NCBI GenBank assembly: GCA_964360065.1
Contig: CAYHTW010000001.1
Location: 6,526 to 70,525 of the forward strand
From: an uncultured Candidatus Saccharibacteria bacterium
GTDB lineage: Bacteria > Patescibacteriota > Minisyncoccia > UBA6257 > Colwellbacteraceae
Reading direction: 5' to 3'
Length of the DNA: 64,000 nucleotides
The notes below the pieces were generated by a model, which was not told where the DNA came from, did no database searches, and was given only the letters and a program-made list of their open reading frames with translations. Made by a program: the position numbers and the translations under genes. Below, piece after piece: positions 8,838-18,634 of the stretch (its first letter is position 1; every line of letters starts with the position of its first letter).

Positions 8838-10636
8838 TGTTTATTTCTGATTCTGTTTTCATAATACCACCACATAACATCCTTAGCTATTGGGATAGCA
8901 TTCAAACTACCCTCTTTGGCGTCTTCAACAAGGATCAAAATTTCTATCTGCGGATTTTGAGCCGGCGCGTAACCGATAAAAAGAGCGTTGGTTTTAGTAT
9001 TATTTTCTACTTGAGAGCTACCAGTCTTAGCCGCCACCTTAATTGGCAATGTAGAAAGTGCATTAGCGGTGCCGTAACTTTTAGAGACTGCGTCTTCCAT
9101 CCCCTTCCTTACTTCTGTAAATTGCGGGGCCAAATCAGAGAGATCCAGTAATTGTTTAGAGTTACCTTGTTTAAGGTGAGGCACGTAAACCGGGCCATCA
9201 TTAGCAATCGCCGCAATGCCATTCATCAGTTGCAATGGGCTTAGAGATATATCTCCTTGACCTATGGAAATGTTGTAAGTATCACCGACTCTCCAGGGCG
9301 TACCGCTGCGGATTTCTTTTTCTGCTGAATTAGGCAGGAAACCGTAAGATTCACTGTGTAAATCAATGCCGGTAATTTTATCTAGACCAAATTTCCTCCA
9401 ATAATCATTCAGCTTGTCTATGCCTAACCCTTTCAAGCCCTCAAAACCACCTATTGTTTCGTAGAAATAGACATCTGAAGATCTGGCAATGGCCGAGTAG
9501 AGATCAACCCAGCCATGCGCCCTCCAGTCCAAAAAACGGCTTGGTTTGTCGGGGAAATACGGATTGGGTATCTCTATATAACCTATAGAAAGAATTTGTT
9601 TGGTAGAAGACACTATATTTTCTTTTAAAATAGCTGCGGCGTGAATAGGTTTGATAGTTGAACCAGGATTATAGACTCCAGAGACTGCTCTATTAAAAAA
9701 TGGTTTGTTGGCGCCAGAGAGAGGCGCAGAGAGATTATTTGGGTCAAAGGCAGGAAGACTAATAAGACTTAAAACTTCTCCGGTAAGCGGATTGATAGCA
9801 ATGCCTACGCCCGAAGTTTTTCCAATGGAGTTAAGGCCTTTCAACATACTCTTATAAAAATATTCCTGCAGATCAAAATCTATAGTAGTTTTAAACTCAT
9901 CCCCCTGCTTTGGCTCGCTGACCATTTCTGTACCCTGAGTTTCTCCCCGAGCATTCTTATAAGTAATAGTTTGCCCGTCCTGCCCCCTTAAGACACCGTC
10001 GTAATAAGCCTCTAAGCCGGTCCTGCCCTTAAAAGAATTATCCACATCACTAAAACCTACGAACCCGAGAACATGAGCCAGAGAGATGCTGGCGTATTGT
10101 CTTTTATAGCCGTTTTCAATATAGATGGACTGGAGGTCGAGACTTTTCAAATCTATGGCAGCCTTAGTGCCTATATCTCGGCTTAAAATAATATCAGGGT
10201 AGATTTCAATATTAGTTTTAGAAATTAATTTAACGACATCCTCACGCTGTAAACCCAAGAGTGTTGTAGAAGTATTAAGAACCATATCCTCTTCGCCGTT
10301 TTTTATCATAACCGGTATCTGAAGCCTCGCATTAAAAACAGGTTTGTTAGCAACCAGTTGTTTGCCATAACGGTCGGTAATAAGTCCACGTGGCGCTACG
10401 CTTCGCGTTTCTTTATTAACGTTCCCGGATGCTAACGTTAAATAATGCCCATAGTCTAGCCCCCCTAAGATTAAAACCCTTACCGCTGCACCTCCAATTA
10501 AAAGGCCAACCACTAATAAAACGGCAGTGAAGACGCGGCTTTTGAGTGGAAGTTCTTTTAGGCCGAATTCTTTGGTGATGCTATCAGAAATAGCCTCATC
10601 AAAATCAACTATCTTGCGGTTTATCTTTCTTGCCAT
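8834..10636 (-). CDS. mrdA: Penicillin-binding protein 2 (peptidoglycan D,D-transpeptidase, elongasome)
   Basis: N-terminal TM, dimerisation domain, transpeptidase motifs STIK (SxxK) and KTGS(KTG); immediately downstream of mreBCD. Confidence 0.85.
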   Translation of the reverse strand: MARKINRKIVDFDEAISDSITKEFGLKELPLKSRVFTAVLLVVGLLIGGAAVRVLILGGLDYGHYLTLASGNVNKETRSVAPRGLITDRYGKQLVANKPVFNARLQIPVMIKNGEEDMVLNTSTTLLGLQREDVVKLISKTNIEIYPDIILSRDIGTKAAIDLKSLDLQSIYIENGYKRQYASISLAHVLGFVGFSDVDNSFKGRTGLEAYYDGVLRGQDGQTITYKNARGETQGTEMVSEPKQGDEFKTTIDFDLQEYFYKSMLKGLNSIGKTSGVGIAINPLTGEVLSLISLPAFDPNNLSAPLSGANKPFFNRAVSGVYNPGSTIKPIHAAAILKENIVSSTKQILSIGYIEIPNPYFPDKPSRFLDWRAHGWVDLYSAIARSSDVYFYETIGGFEGLKGLGIDKLNDYWRKFGLDKITGIDLHSESYGFLPNSAEKEIRSGTPWRVGDTYNISIGQGDISLSPLQLMNGIAAIANDGPVYVPHLKQGNSKQLLDLSDLAPQFTEVRKGMEDAVSKSYGTANALSTLPIKVAAKTGSSQVENNTKTNALFIGYAPAQNPQIEILILVEDAKEGSLNAIPIAKDVMWWYYENRIRNKQ

Positions 10637-11046
10637 AATCTCTGTATCGCAAAGAATAAGAGGAACAAGGCTAGATTGTAAAATGCTTCCGCAGCAAAAA
10701 CAATTGGGCTGAAGTGGACCAAATTAATGGCTAAAGTTGAGACTAAAAGAGCTAAAATAGCATTGGTTAATTTATGGAAAGGTAACCTATTTACCGCTCC
10801 CATACTTAGGACAGACGTGATTATAAAAACGGCATTTTGCAGATCAAAGCCACTGCCGAACTTCAAGATAACGGCCGAGACAAATATTAAAAGCGCCCGC
10901 TTTGTCCAACTGGTATAAATCAAGGAGAGAACTATAAGTAAAGCGAGCGCTATATTCGGCTTTATGCCTCCTATGAGGGCATAGTTGGAAAGCTGGAATA
11001 GCGAGGTAACGGTGACAATAAAAACACTAGCGATAAATCGAAACAT
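10621..11046 (-). CDS. mreD: Rod shape-determining protein MreD (putative)
   Basis: 141-aa polytopic membrane protein positioned between mreC and mrdA. Confidence 0.5.
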   Translation of the reverse strand: MFRFIASVFIVTVTSLFQLSNYALIGGIKPNIALALLIVLSLIYTSWTKRALLIFVSAVILKFGSGFDLQNAVFIITSVLSMGAVNRLPFHKLTNAILALLVSTLAINLVHFSPIVFAAEAFYNLALFLLFFAIQRLWQER

Positions 11047-11689
11047 CTCGTAATGAGCTTAGTTCTACTCCCAGTTCAACTTTCGTCTGCTTAAAGGGAG
11101 CTCCCGGAACTTGGGTAATGTTTTTAACGGTACCGATAAAAAGCCCGTAAGGCAAATTGGGGCTAGCTGTTATTATTTCGTCTCCTTCTTTAATGTCGGC
11201 GTCAGTTTTAATAAGATCTACGATTGGATTCAAACCACCTTTGAAAAGTCCGTCAACTTCTTTAGTCCCAATCCTGACCGCTACCTGATAACCAGGGTCG
11301 TAAACAGTTTTTACAATGCTAGTGGAATTGTTAACTTGGCTTACTTTACCTATGAAAACTTTGGAACCGAAAGTAATTATGGCTCCAGATTGAATATCGT
11401 CTTTCTTCCCCGCCGCAATACTAATATCTCTCGTACCGTTAAATGGGTAAGTTGAATAAACCTTTATGCCGTTACTTCCCATATTAACAGCTCCCGAAAT
11501 CTCGGCCTTCAAGGACTTGTTTTCTTTGGTAAGTTCGTAAACTTGTGATTTAAGACTCTCTCCTGGGGTAAGGACAGTTAAAACATCTTCCAAAATTGAA
11601 CTGCCGGCAAACTTTAGATCTGTGAAACGGCCGTAAGCAAAAAGAGTAAAGATGAGAGAAAGTAGAGCGGTGGTGTAAAGATATCTCAT
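11027..11689 (-). CDS. mreC: Rod shape-determining protein MreC
   Basis: N-terminal TM, coiled-coil (ELTKENKSLKAEI), C-terminal beta domains; between mreB and mreD. Confidence 0.75.
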   Translation of the reverse strand: MRYLYTTALLSLIFTLFAYGRFTDLKFAGSSILEDVLTVLTPGESLKSQVYELTKENKSLKAEISGAVNMGSNGIKVYSTYPFNGTRDISIAAGKKDDIQSGAIITFGSKVFIGKVSQVNNSTSIVKTVYDPGYQVAVRIGTKEVDGLFKGGLNPIVDLIKTDADIKEGDEIITASPNLPYGLFIGTVKNITQVPGAPFKQTKVELGVELSSLRDVSIYR

Positions 11690-12732
11690 AGGTTAACCGG
11701 CTTAGGCTTTTCTTGGTTGGAAAGTATTAATTGGTATTTAGGAAGATTTTCTATAATAATGCCGAGACCCCTCACAACGCATGTTAATGGATCATCTACA
11801 ACGTCTGTTTTCACGGTGATCTCCTTTTCTATATATTTATCCAAGCCTTTTAAAAGACTACCACCACCGGAAAGATGAATGCCTTTCTCTAAAATATCGC
11901 CAACCAACTCCGGAGGAGCCTCTTCTATGACTAGTTTAACTTCTTCGGCTAAAATCTTGAGAGATCGCGATATTGCAGCTCTAACTTGGGTGCCTTTAAC
12001 AATGATTTCTTTAGGCAAACCGCTCGTGATATCTCGGCCGCGAACCGCCATTTCCATTTTTTCATCCATATTGATGGCTGAACCTATATTAACCTTAAGA
12101 TTTTCGGCAGTTGGTTCACCTATGAGAAGTTTAAATTCTTCTCTGACAAATCTCATAATATCATCGTTCAATCTCTGACCCGCTATTTTAAGACTCCTAG
12201 AAACAACCGTTCCTCCTACCGATATTATGGCAATCTCTGATGTACCACCGCCGATATTGATAACCATGTTCGCTGTAGCTTCTTCCATTGGCAGGCGGGC
12301 ACCTACTGCCGCCGCTATTGATTCTTCTACTAAAAGCACCTTAGAAACTCCGGCCGAGATTACGGCGTCTTCCACAGATTTTCTTTCTACTTCGGTCAGG
12401 TTAGACGGAACACTAATAGCCGCCATATGATACCTAGGCATAAAACCATCGGAGTTAGCCTTGCTTAAAAAATATTTAAGTATCTCCTGGGTAGTTTCGA
12501 AATCCGAAATAACACCAGCCATAAGCGGCTTAATGAGGCTGATGTGAGACGGGGTTCTATCCAACATTTTCTTAGCCTCGTGGCCGATGGCTAAAATCTG
12601 ATTAGTGCGGATGTTAACGGCTACAAGAGTAGGTTCGTTAACCGTTATCCCCTGTCCCTGGAGATAAACCAGAGAATTGGCCGTGCCTAAGTCTATGCCA
12701 ACGTTTTTATAAAATCTGTCTAAGAGTCCCAT
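11686..12732 (-). CDS. mreB: Rod shape-determining actin-like protein MreB
   Basis: VGIDLGTANSLVY, NIGGGTSEIAIIS actin-fold phosphate motifs; 348 aa. Confidence 0.9.
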   Translation of the reverse strand: MGLLDRFYKNVGIDLGTANSLVYLQGQGITVNEPTLVAVNIRTNQILAIGHEAKKMLDRTPSHISLIKPLMAGVISDFETTQEILKYFLSKANSDGFMPRYHMAAISVPSNLTEVERKSVEDAVISAGVSKVLLVEESIAAAVGARLPMEEATANMVINIGGGTSEIAIISVGGTVVSRSLKIAGQRLNDDIMRFVREEFKLLIGEPTAENLKVNIGSAINMDEKMEMAVRGRDITSGLPKEIIVKGTQVRAAISRSLKILAEEVKLVIEEAPPELVGDILEKGIHLSGGGSLLKGLDKYIEKEITVKTDVVDDPLTCVVRGLGIIIENLPKYQLILSNQEKPKPVNL

Positions 12733-13942
12733 AGCTTACTAATTTAATTTTTTTATCGTTTCTCTTCTTGACCTCAATTTTTTCACCGTTCCTATCGCCT
12801 ACCACCAAACGGTAAGGAAGGCCGAGCAAATCTGCATCGGCAAACTTTTCTCCCGCCGAAACAACCCGTTCATCATAAAGAACTTCGTAACCCTCCGCAA
12901 GAAGGTCTTTATATATTTTATCTGCGAGCTTGCCGGCTTTAGACTTCTGGTCAGCCAATCTCAAAAGATGAATTTTAAAAGGAGCTGCGCTTTCCGGCCA
13001 AATAATACCTTTGTCATCGTGATATTTTTCTACTATTACCCCAATAAGTCTTGTGACGCCTATACCATAACAACCCATAATTGGGTGTTTCCTTTCGTTT
13101 TTATTATCAGTGAAAGTCAGACCGAAATCTTTGCCATATTTTTGGCCCAAGTCAAAGACGTTACCAACCTCAGAGGCTTTAGCTTGATGTAAAACGCCAC
13201 GACCGCACTTAGGGCAAGTTTCGCCCAAACGAACTTTAGCTATCTCAAAATTAACGCAAAATTCGCATTTGTCGCAGTAGAAAATATCGTCTTCCCCGGC
13301 ATCGGTGATAACCATAAACTCATAAGATATCTTGTCGCTAAAACTGCCCCCAGAAGCTTCAGTTACCTTAGCGGTTAAGCCAAGACGTTTATATATCTTA
13401 AGGTAAGATTTTTTGGTTTTGGCATAGAACTTATCAAAATCTTCCTGGGTTTCGTGGAAGCTGTACATATCTTTCATCAGGAACTCCCTACCTCGCAGAA
13501 CGCCCGACTTAGCCCGAAGCTCATCACGGAACTTCCAGTGAATTTGGTAAACAGCCAGAGGTAAATCCTTGTAAGTGGTGGCGTATTTTAAAACCAGCGG
13601 AGTCACTAACTCTTCCTCGCTCTGGCCCAGGGCGTACTCTTTTTCGGTTCGGCTAGGAACTTTGAAAAGAACATCTATGCTATCCCAACCCCCGGTAGTT
13701 TCCCAGAGAGCTTTAGGATGAAGCATAGACATTAATATTTCTTGACCGCCGATAGCGTTCATTTCTTCTCTCACAACCGCTTCAATCTTCCTTAAAACAC
13801 GAAGCCCTAATGGCAAGTATGAGTAAGAACCGGCCATCGTTTTATTTATGAATCCTGCCCGGATGAGAAGCTTGGCGTTAACTGACTCTTCGTCTTTAGG
13901 GGCCTCTCTTAGAGTTTTAACAAATAATTCGCTTTGTTTCAT
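12707..13942 (-). CDS. proS: Prolyl-tRNA synthetase (short form lacking INS editing domain)
   Basis: N-terminal LLIRAGFI...AGSYSYLPLGLRVLRKIE matches bacterial ProRS; class II motifs FRDELRAKSGVLRGREF; anticodon-binding C-terminus. Confidence 0.8.
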   Translation of the reverse strand: MKQSELFVKTLREAPKDEESVNAKLLIRAGFINKTMAGSYSYLPLGLRVLRKIEAVVREEMNAIGGQEILMSMLHPKALWETTGGWDSIDVLFKVPSRTEKEYALGQSEEELVTPLVLKYATTYKDLPLAVYQIHWKFRDELRAKSGVLRGREFLMKDMYSFHETQEDFDKFYAKTKKSYLKIYKRLGLTAKVTEASGGSFSDKISYEFMVITDAGEDDIFYCDKCEFCVNFEIAKVRLGETCPKCGRGVLHQAKASEVGNVFDLGQKYGKDFGLTFTDNKNERKHPIMGCYGIGVTRLIGVIVEKYHDDKGIIWPESAAPFKIHLLRLADQKSKAGKLADKIYKDLLAEGYEVLYDERVVSAGEKFADADLLGLPYRLVVGDRNGEKIEVKKRNDKKIKLVSYGTLRQIL

Positions 13943-13946
13943 AGGT

Positions 13947-14966
13947 TTAAACTAGATTGATTATATCCTTAATTGTGACCAGCACCATAATAACGATGAG
14001 AATGGCGAAACCAACAAGATGACTCATTGATTCTACTTTTTTACTTAATCTGCCTCCGGAAACTTTTTCATAAACTATAAATAATAGCCTGCCTCCATCA
14101 AGAGCCGGGAAAGGAAGAATATTCAAAGCCGCCAGATTCAAGGAGATTATAGCGAGGATTTGAAGTAAATGGGCGAAACCTAGACGTCCTGCCGCATCTA
14201 TAAAGCCGAAGATACCTATTGGACCGGTAAACTGAGAAGTCACGCCCATGTCCCCTACAAATAGTCTCGCAAAAAGTGAATAAATACTTTTGTAGATGAG
14301 CCCTAAGAGTTCAACTGACGTTGTGAAGCCGTCTTTTAGAGAACTAAAGAAACCCTCTTTAGGTATACCTCCCTCAATTAAAGAAACTCCTATTGGTCCT
14401 TCTCCGGCAGGAGGATTGAGCCTGGGAGTGATGCTAATTGGCATCTCTTTATCTCCCCTAATCACTTCTAAGTTAGTAGCCTTGCCTTTATTGTTATTAA
14501 TAAAAGTAACAAGATCTTCTATCTTAGAAAAATCTTTGATTTTGTCCCCGGACATAAGACCTGCAGAAGCCGCGGGACTGTTCTCTGCCACGTGTCCCAC
14601 GACTACAGACGGATTAGTGCCAATCAGAAATACTCCGGTAATAGCGAACCAACCGATTATGAAGTTCATAAAAGCTCCAGCCGCTATAATGATGACCTTT
14701 TTAAAAAGAGACAGATTCTGGAAGCTTCCGGGCTCTGCGTTGCCTTCCAGACTATCTTCGCCGTGGATCTTCACGAATCCACCAAATGGGATAGCGTTAA
14801 TGGTATAGGTAGTGTCGCCGATTTTTTTCTTAAAGAGTCTGGGTGGAAAACCGAAACCGAATTCCTCAACTTTAAGTCCGAAATACTTAGCGGTAAAAAA
14901 ATGACCGAGTTCATGGCCGATTATAAGTATGGCAAGAAAAATTATGACTGTCAGTAGAGTAATCAT
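13947..14966 (-). CDS. rseP: RIP zinc metalloprotease RseP (site-2 protease) with PDZ domain
   Basis: HELGHF (HExxH) in TM1, PDZ segment, C-terminal LDG motif region. Confidence 0.85.
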   Translation of the reverse strand: MITLLTVIIFLAILIIGHELGHFFTAKYFGLKVEEFGFGFPPRLFKKKIGDTTYTINAIPFGGFVKIHGEDSLEGNAEPGSFQNLSLFKKVIIIAAGAFMNFIIGWFAITGVFLIGTNPSVVVGHVAENSPAASAGLMSGDKIKDFSKIEDLVTFINNNKGKATNLEVIRGDKEMPISITPRLNPPAGEGPIGVSLIEGGIPKEGFFSSLKDGFTTSVELLGLIYKSIYSLFARLFVGDMGVTSQFTGPIGIFGFIDAAGRLGFAHLLQILAIISLNLAALNILPFPALDGGRLLFIVYEKVSGGRLSKKVESMSHLVGFAILIVIMVLVTIKDIINLV

Positions 14967-15499
14967 TAAGACGATAAGTCTTTAATCTTATCTTCTATAA
15001 GGCGGTCCATACTGTCGTTGAACTGATCCACTCTTTTTTGTAAGTCATTCTTCGTTTTGAACTTTAGATCTTTATCTATTTCGGTAGATATGGATTTATT
15101 AACATCGTCTCTTTGACGCCTCATCTTGATCCTAGTTTCCTCGGCGGTAGATTTAACAAGCTTAATAATCTCGTCTCTTCTCTCGGTGGTCAGTTCCGGA
15201 AGTTTGGCACGGACCATGTTTCCTAGAGCAGACACACTTAAGCCTAATTTGGCTGTTTCAATGGCCTTAGCAACTATGGGCACAAGGCTCTTATCCCAAA
15301 GAGTGATAATAATGTCACGAGGCATTTCAACCGTAATACTGCCGAGCTGTTTAATCTGCGTATTTTGTTCCATATAGTTAACATAAATATTCTCTACTAT
15401 CCTCGGAGAGGGACGGTTGGTTCTGAGAATAGAAATTGCTTCCTTAAAAGAACTTGAGAGTGCGTCTATTCTGTTTTGAAATTCTTTTAGATTTTCCAT
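14966..15499 (-). CDS. frr: Ribosome recycling factor
   Basis: 177 aa; full-length similarity to RRF. Confidence 0.9.
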   Translation of the reverse strand: MENLKEFQNRIDALSSSFKEAISILRTNRPSPRIVENIYVNYMEQNTQIKQLGSITVEMPRDIIITLWDKSLVPIVAKAIETAKLGLSVSALGNMVRAKLPELTTERRDEIIKLVKSTAEETRIKMRRQRDDVNKSISTEIDKDLKFKTKNDLQKRVDQFNDSMDRLIEDKIKDLSS

Positions 15500-16338
15500 A
15501 TTAGTCCCGCTTCCAGCTGCAACCTTTTATTGACGTTAAAGTCTCCTAAGTATGTCATTCTCTTCATAATTGATTTTAAGAGAAGGTAGTTCTTTTCTGG
15601 ATTACCGCAGGCTTGTGAAATAATCTCGGTCAGAAATGGCTTAATTTTATGCTTATTGTCTGCGTCGGACATCTCTTTGATTATTGCCACAGAATTGCTT
15701 CCGTCTACTAAGAAATGCCTTGCTTTTTTGCTCAAAGACTTCCACTCATCGCTGGTGGCTACAGAGATAGCCCTACCGGTTCTGCCGAAAGAGAGACTCG
15801 CTATTTTAGCGGCGTCTTTCTCTCCCAGCTTCATGGTTTTCATAAGATGGTTTTTGATATCTATTGAAGTGGCCCTGCCGAAGTAAATCTTCTGGAACCT
15901 GGATTGTAAAGTTGGCAAAAGCGAATCAGGATTTTCCAAAACCATAATAATAAGGCCTGTCTCCGGGGGCTCTTCGGATATTTTAAGAATCGCGTTCTGG
16001 GCCTGATTGGTTAGCTGATCTGCGCCGTCTATGATAGCCATCCTGTAGACAGAGTTGACCGGCTTGGAGTAAAGAAAATGCTTTAAGTCTCTGATTTCGT
16101 CTATACCTATAGATTCTGATTCTGCCAGAGAGGAAATAACAAACGCTTCTGTAAGAACTCTCTTATTGGATTCTTCTGACTCCCTAAACTCGCCAAACTC
16201 CAGGAGATTGGCCAGGTTGCGTGCAAAAGCGGCTTTGCCAACACTTTTTTCTCCGAAGAAGATATAACCGTGAAAAAGATTCCCCTTTTTGGCGAGGCGA
16301 GTAAATGTTTTTTCTAACTTATCATGGCCAAGCAACAT
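15487..16338 (-). CDS. holB: DNA polymerase III delta-prime subunit-like AAA+ protein
   Basis: Walker A GEKSVGKAAFAR, SRFQ sensor motif (LQSRFQKIYF); 283 aa. Confidence 0.6.
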   Translation of the reverse strand: MLLGHDKLEKTFTRLAKKGNLFHGYIFFGEKSVGKAAFARNLANLLEFGEFRESEESNKRVLTEAFVISSLAESESIGIDEIRDLKHFLYSKPVNSVYRMAIIDGADQLTNQAQNAILKISEEPPETGLIIMVLENPDSLLPTLQSRFQKIYFGRATSIDIKNHLMKTMKLGEKDAAKIASLSFGRTGRAISVATSDEWKSLSKKARHFLVDGSNSVAIIKEMSDADNKHKIKPFLTEIISQACGNPEKNYLLLKSIMKRMTYLGDFNVNKRLQLEAGLIWKI

Positions 16339-17345
16339 TAGTTTTTATTGAGTAAAGTTCTCTTATAGATATCCAGATGTTCTAAAATTATACCAGTACC
16401 TTTAGCCACGCAAAGGATAGGATCTTCGGCTACATACATCTCAACTCCCAATAGACGCCTAAAGAACTCATCTATGTTTCTTAACCCTGAGCTCCCACCC
16501 GATAGGATGACGCCCTTTTCCATAACATCGGCTACGAGCTCAGGAGGAGTTTCATTAAAAACCGAAGAGACAGAAGAAGCTATTTCCATCAGGCTAGGAT
16601 TAAGAGCTTCAGCTACTTCATTGGAGTTAATAATAAGGTCTTTAGGAAGGCCTGAAACCAAATTCCTGCCTCTGAATTGAAATTCAATTTTATTCTTCAT
16701 GGGGAGGGCCGAACCGGCACCTATCTTAATAGCTTCAGCTGTTTGTTCTCCAATGGAAATGGAATACTTTTTCTTAACGTAACTCATAATAGCTGCGTCA
16801 AATTTATTACCGGCCACTCTTAAGCTCGCGGAGCAAACAATGCCTCCGAGTGAAATAACGGCAACTTCAGAAGTACCTCCGCCAATATTAATAATCATAT
16901 TCCCAGAGGAAGAATTTATAGCAACGCCTGCCCCCAAAGCAGCGAGCAATGGCTCACGGACCACGTAGGCATTTTTGGCACCGGATTCTTTGGCGGCATT
17001 AACTACAGCTCTTTTTTCAGTAGGGCTAATGCCAGCTGGGACTGAGATAACTAAGTCCGGGCTAATCAAATTCCACTTCCCTATGGCTTTGTAGATGAAG
17101 TATTTCAGCATGGCTCTTGTAATATAATAATCGGCTATAACACCGTCTTTTAGGGGGCGGTAAGCAGTGATGTCGCCGGGAGTACGGCCGATCATTTCCT
17201 TAGCCTCTATACCTACAGCCATAACTGAATTTTCTGGCAGACTTAAGGCCACGATGGTCGGTTCGTTAATAACAAACCCATTTCCTGGGACGAAGACAAC
17301 GGTATTGGTGGTTCCTAAGTCTATACCTATGCGCTTAACAAACAT
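16338..17345 (-). CDS. Second MreB/Mbl-family actin-like protein
   Basis: [27 protein letters not shown]; paralog of mreB at 11686-12732. Confidence 0.8.
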   Translation of the reverse strand: MFVKRIGIDLGTTNTVVFVPGNGFVINEPTIVALSLPENSVMAVGIEAKEMIGRTPGDITAYRPLKDGVIADYYITRAMLKYFIYKAIGKWNLISPDLVISVPAGISPTEKRAVVNAAKESGAKNAYVVREPLLAALGAGVAINSSSGNMIINIGGGTSEVAVISLGGIVCSASLRVAGNKFDAAIMSYVKKKYSISIGEQTAEAIKIGAGSALPMKNKIEFQFRGRNLVSGLPKDLIINSNEVAEALNPSLMEIASSVSSVFNETPPELVADVMEKGVILSGGSSGLRNIDEFFRRLLGVEMYVAEDPILCVAKGTGIILEHLDIYKRTLLNKN

Positions 17346-18614
17346 TTATTTAATGCGTTCTATTTCGGCTCCGAGTAACCTTAATCTTTCTTCTAATCTG
17401 GCGTAACCTCTATCAATAGTTTCGGCGCCATCTAATGTACTTCTACCTTCAGCTATTAGAGCAGCGATAACGAGAGTGGCTCCGGCCCGAAGATCAAGAC
17501 TTTTTATTTCTGCTCCGTGGAGAGTGGTCGGCCCATGAACAACTGCACGATGGTCGTCCAAAATTTCGGCTCGGGCGCCCATCTTTTGAAGCTCGTATAT
17601 GTATCTTAACCTGCCTTCGTAGAGGGTGTCAAAAATAAGACTCGGACCATCGCTTTGCGTGGCGAGCACGCCATAAGGAGCCTGCAAATCAGTCGGGAAA
17701 CCTGGGTAGGGCAGAGTCTGAATCTTCGTGCCTTTGAGATTTTTAAGGCTGTTTTTTACTATTACCGTCTCCTTCAGTATTTTTAAATCAACGCCGAACT
17801 CCTGTAATTTTTTAATGGGTGACGTCATAAAGGTCACCGGAACGTTTCTGATAGATAGACTTTCGGCAGCTAAAGCTCCAAGAACCATAAAAGTCCCAGC
17901 CTCAATTGGATCAGGCATTATAGTGTGATAAGTTCCAGCAGTGGGAACATCTTTACTACCGAATATTCTTATATTGTGAGTTCCTAGGCCACCAAGCACA
18001 AAACCCAACTTCTCCAAGAACCTCCCTAGATCTTGGATGTGAGGCTCCGCGGCAGCGAGCTCTATTTCCAGCGATGGCATAGCAGTTCCTAACATCATTA
18101 AATTTTCGGTGGCCGTGACACTGAATTCAGTCAATACTACTTTATTTCGCAATTTTCTGGGAGAGGGAGCTTTGAGCTCATACATATCTGACGCGGCGTC
18201 GTATTCAACACTTACACCTATTTCTTTAAGAGCTTCCAGATGAGCATCCAATGGTCTGGCTCCTATGAGGCAGCCCCCTGGAGTCCCTAAGGAAACCTTT
18301 CCGAAACGGGCCAACATCGGACCAATAAGTAAAACAGATGACCTGATATTGCGGACTAAAGTCATGTTTAAAGTAACCGGATTAAGGTCGCAATTATCTA
18401 TTTTGAGAACTTCCCCCTCCCACTTAATATAAGACCCCATACTCTCCAGAATAGTAAGCAAGGTTAGAACATCCCCTATTTTAGGAACATTAGAGAGGAT
18501 ACAGGGCTGTGTCGCGAGGATAGTGGCGGCAATTGTAGGAGTAGCGGCGTTTTTGGAACCGAAAACCTCAATCTCTCCGCGGAGTTTACACCCGCCGTTT
18601 ACAACAAATCGCAC
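17346..18614 (-). CDS. murA: UDP-N-acetylglucosamine 1-carboxyvinyltransferase
   Basis: N-terminal GSKNAA motif region, catalytic Cys region CLIGARPLDAH; 422 aa. Confidence 0.9.
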   Translation of the reverse strand: MRFVVNGGCKLRGEIEVFGSKNAATPTIAATILATQPCILSNVPKIGDVLTLLTILESMGSYIKWEGEVLKIDNCDLNPVTLNMTLVRNIRSSVLLIGPMLARFGKVSLGTPGGCLIGARPLDAHLEALKEIGVSVEYDAASDMYELKAPSPRKLRNKVVLTEFSVTATENLMMLGTAMPSLEIELAAAEPHIQDLGRFLEKLGFVLGGLGTHNIRIFGSKDVPTAGTYHTIMPDPIEAGTFMVLGALAAESLSIRNVPVTFMTSPIKKLQEFGVDLKILKETVIVKNSLKNLKGTKIQTLPYPGFPTDLQAPYGVLATQSDGPSLIFDTLYEGRLRYIYELQKMGARAEILDDHRAVVHGPTTLHGAEIKSLDLRAGATLVIAALIAEGRSTLDGAETIDRGYARLEERLRLLGAEIERIK

Positions 18615-18634
18615 GCCCTCTATTATATAGAATA

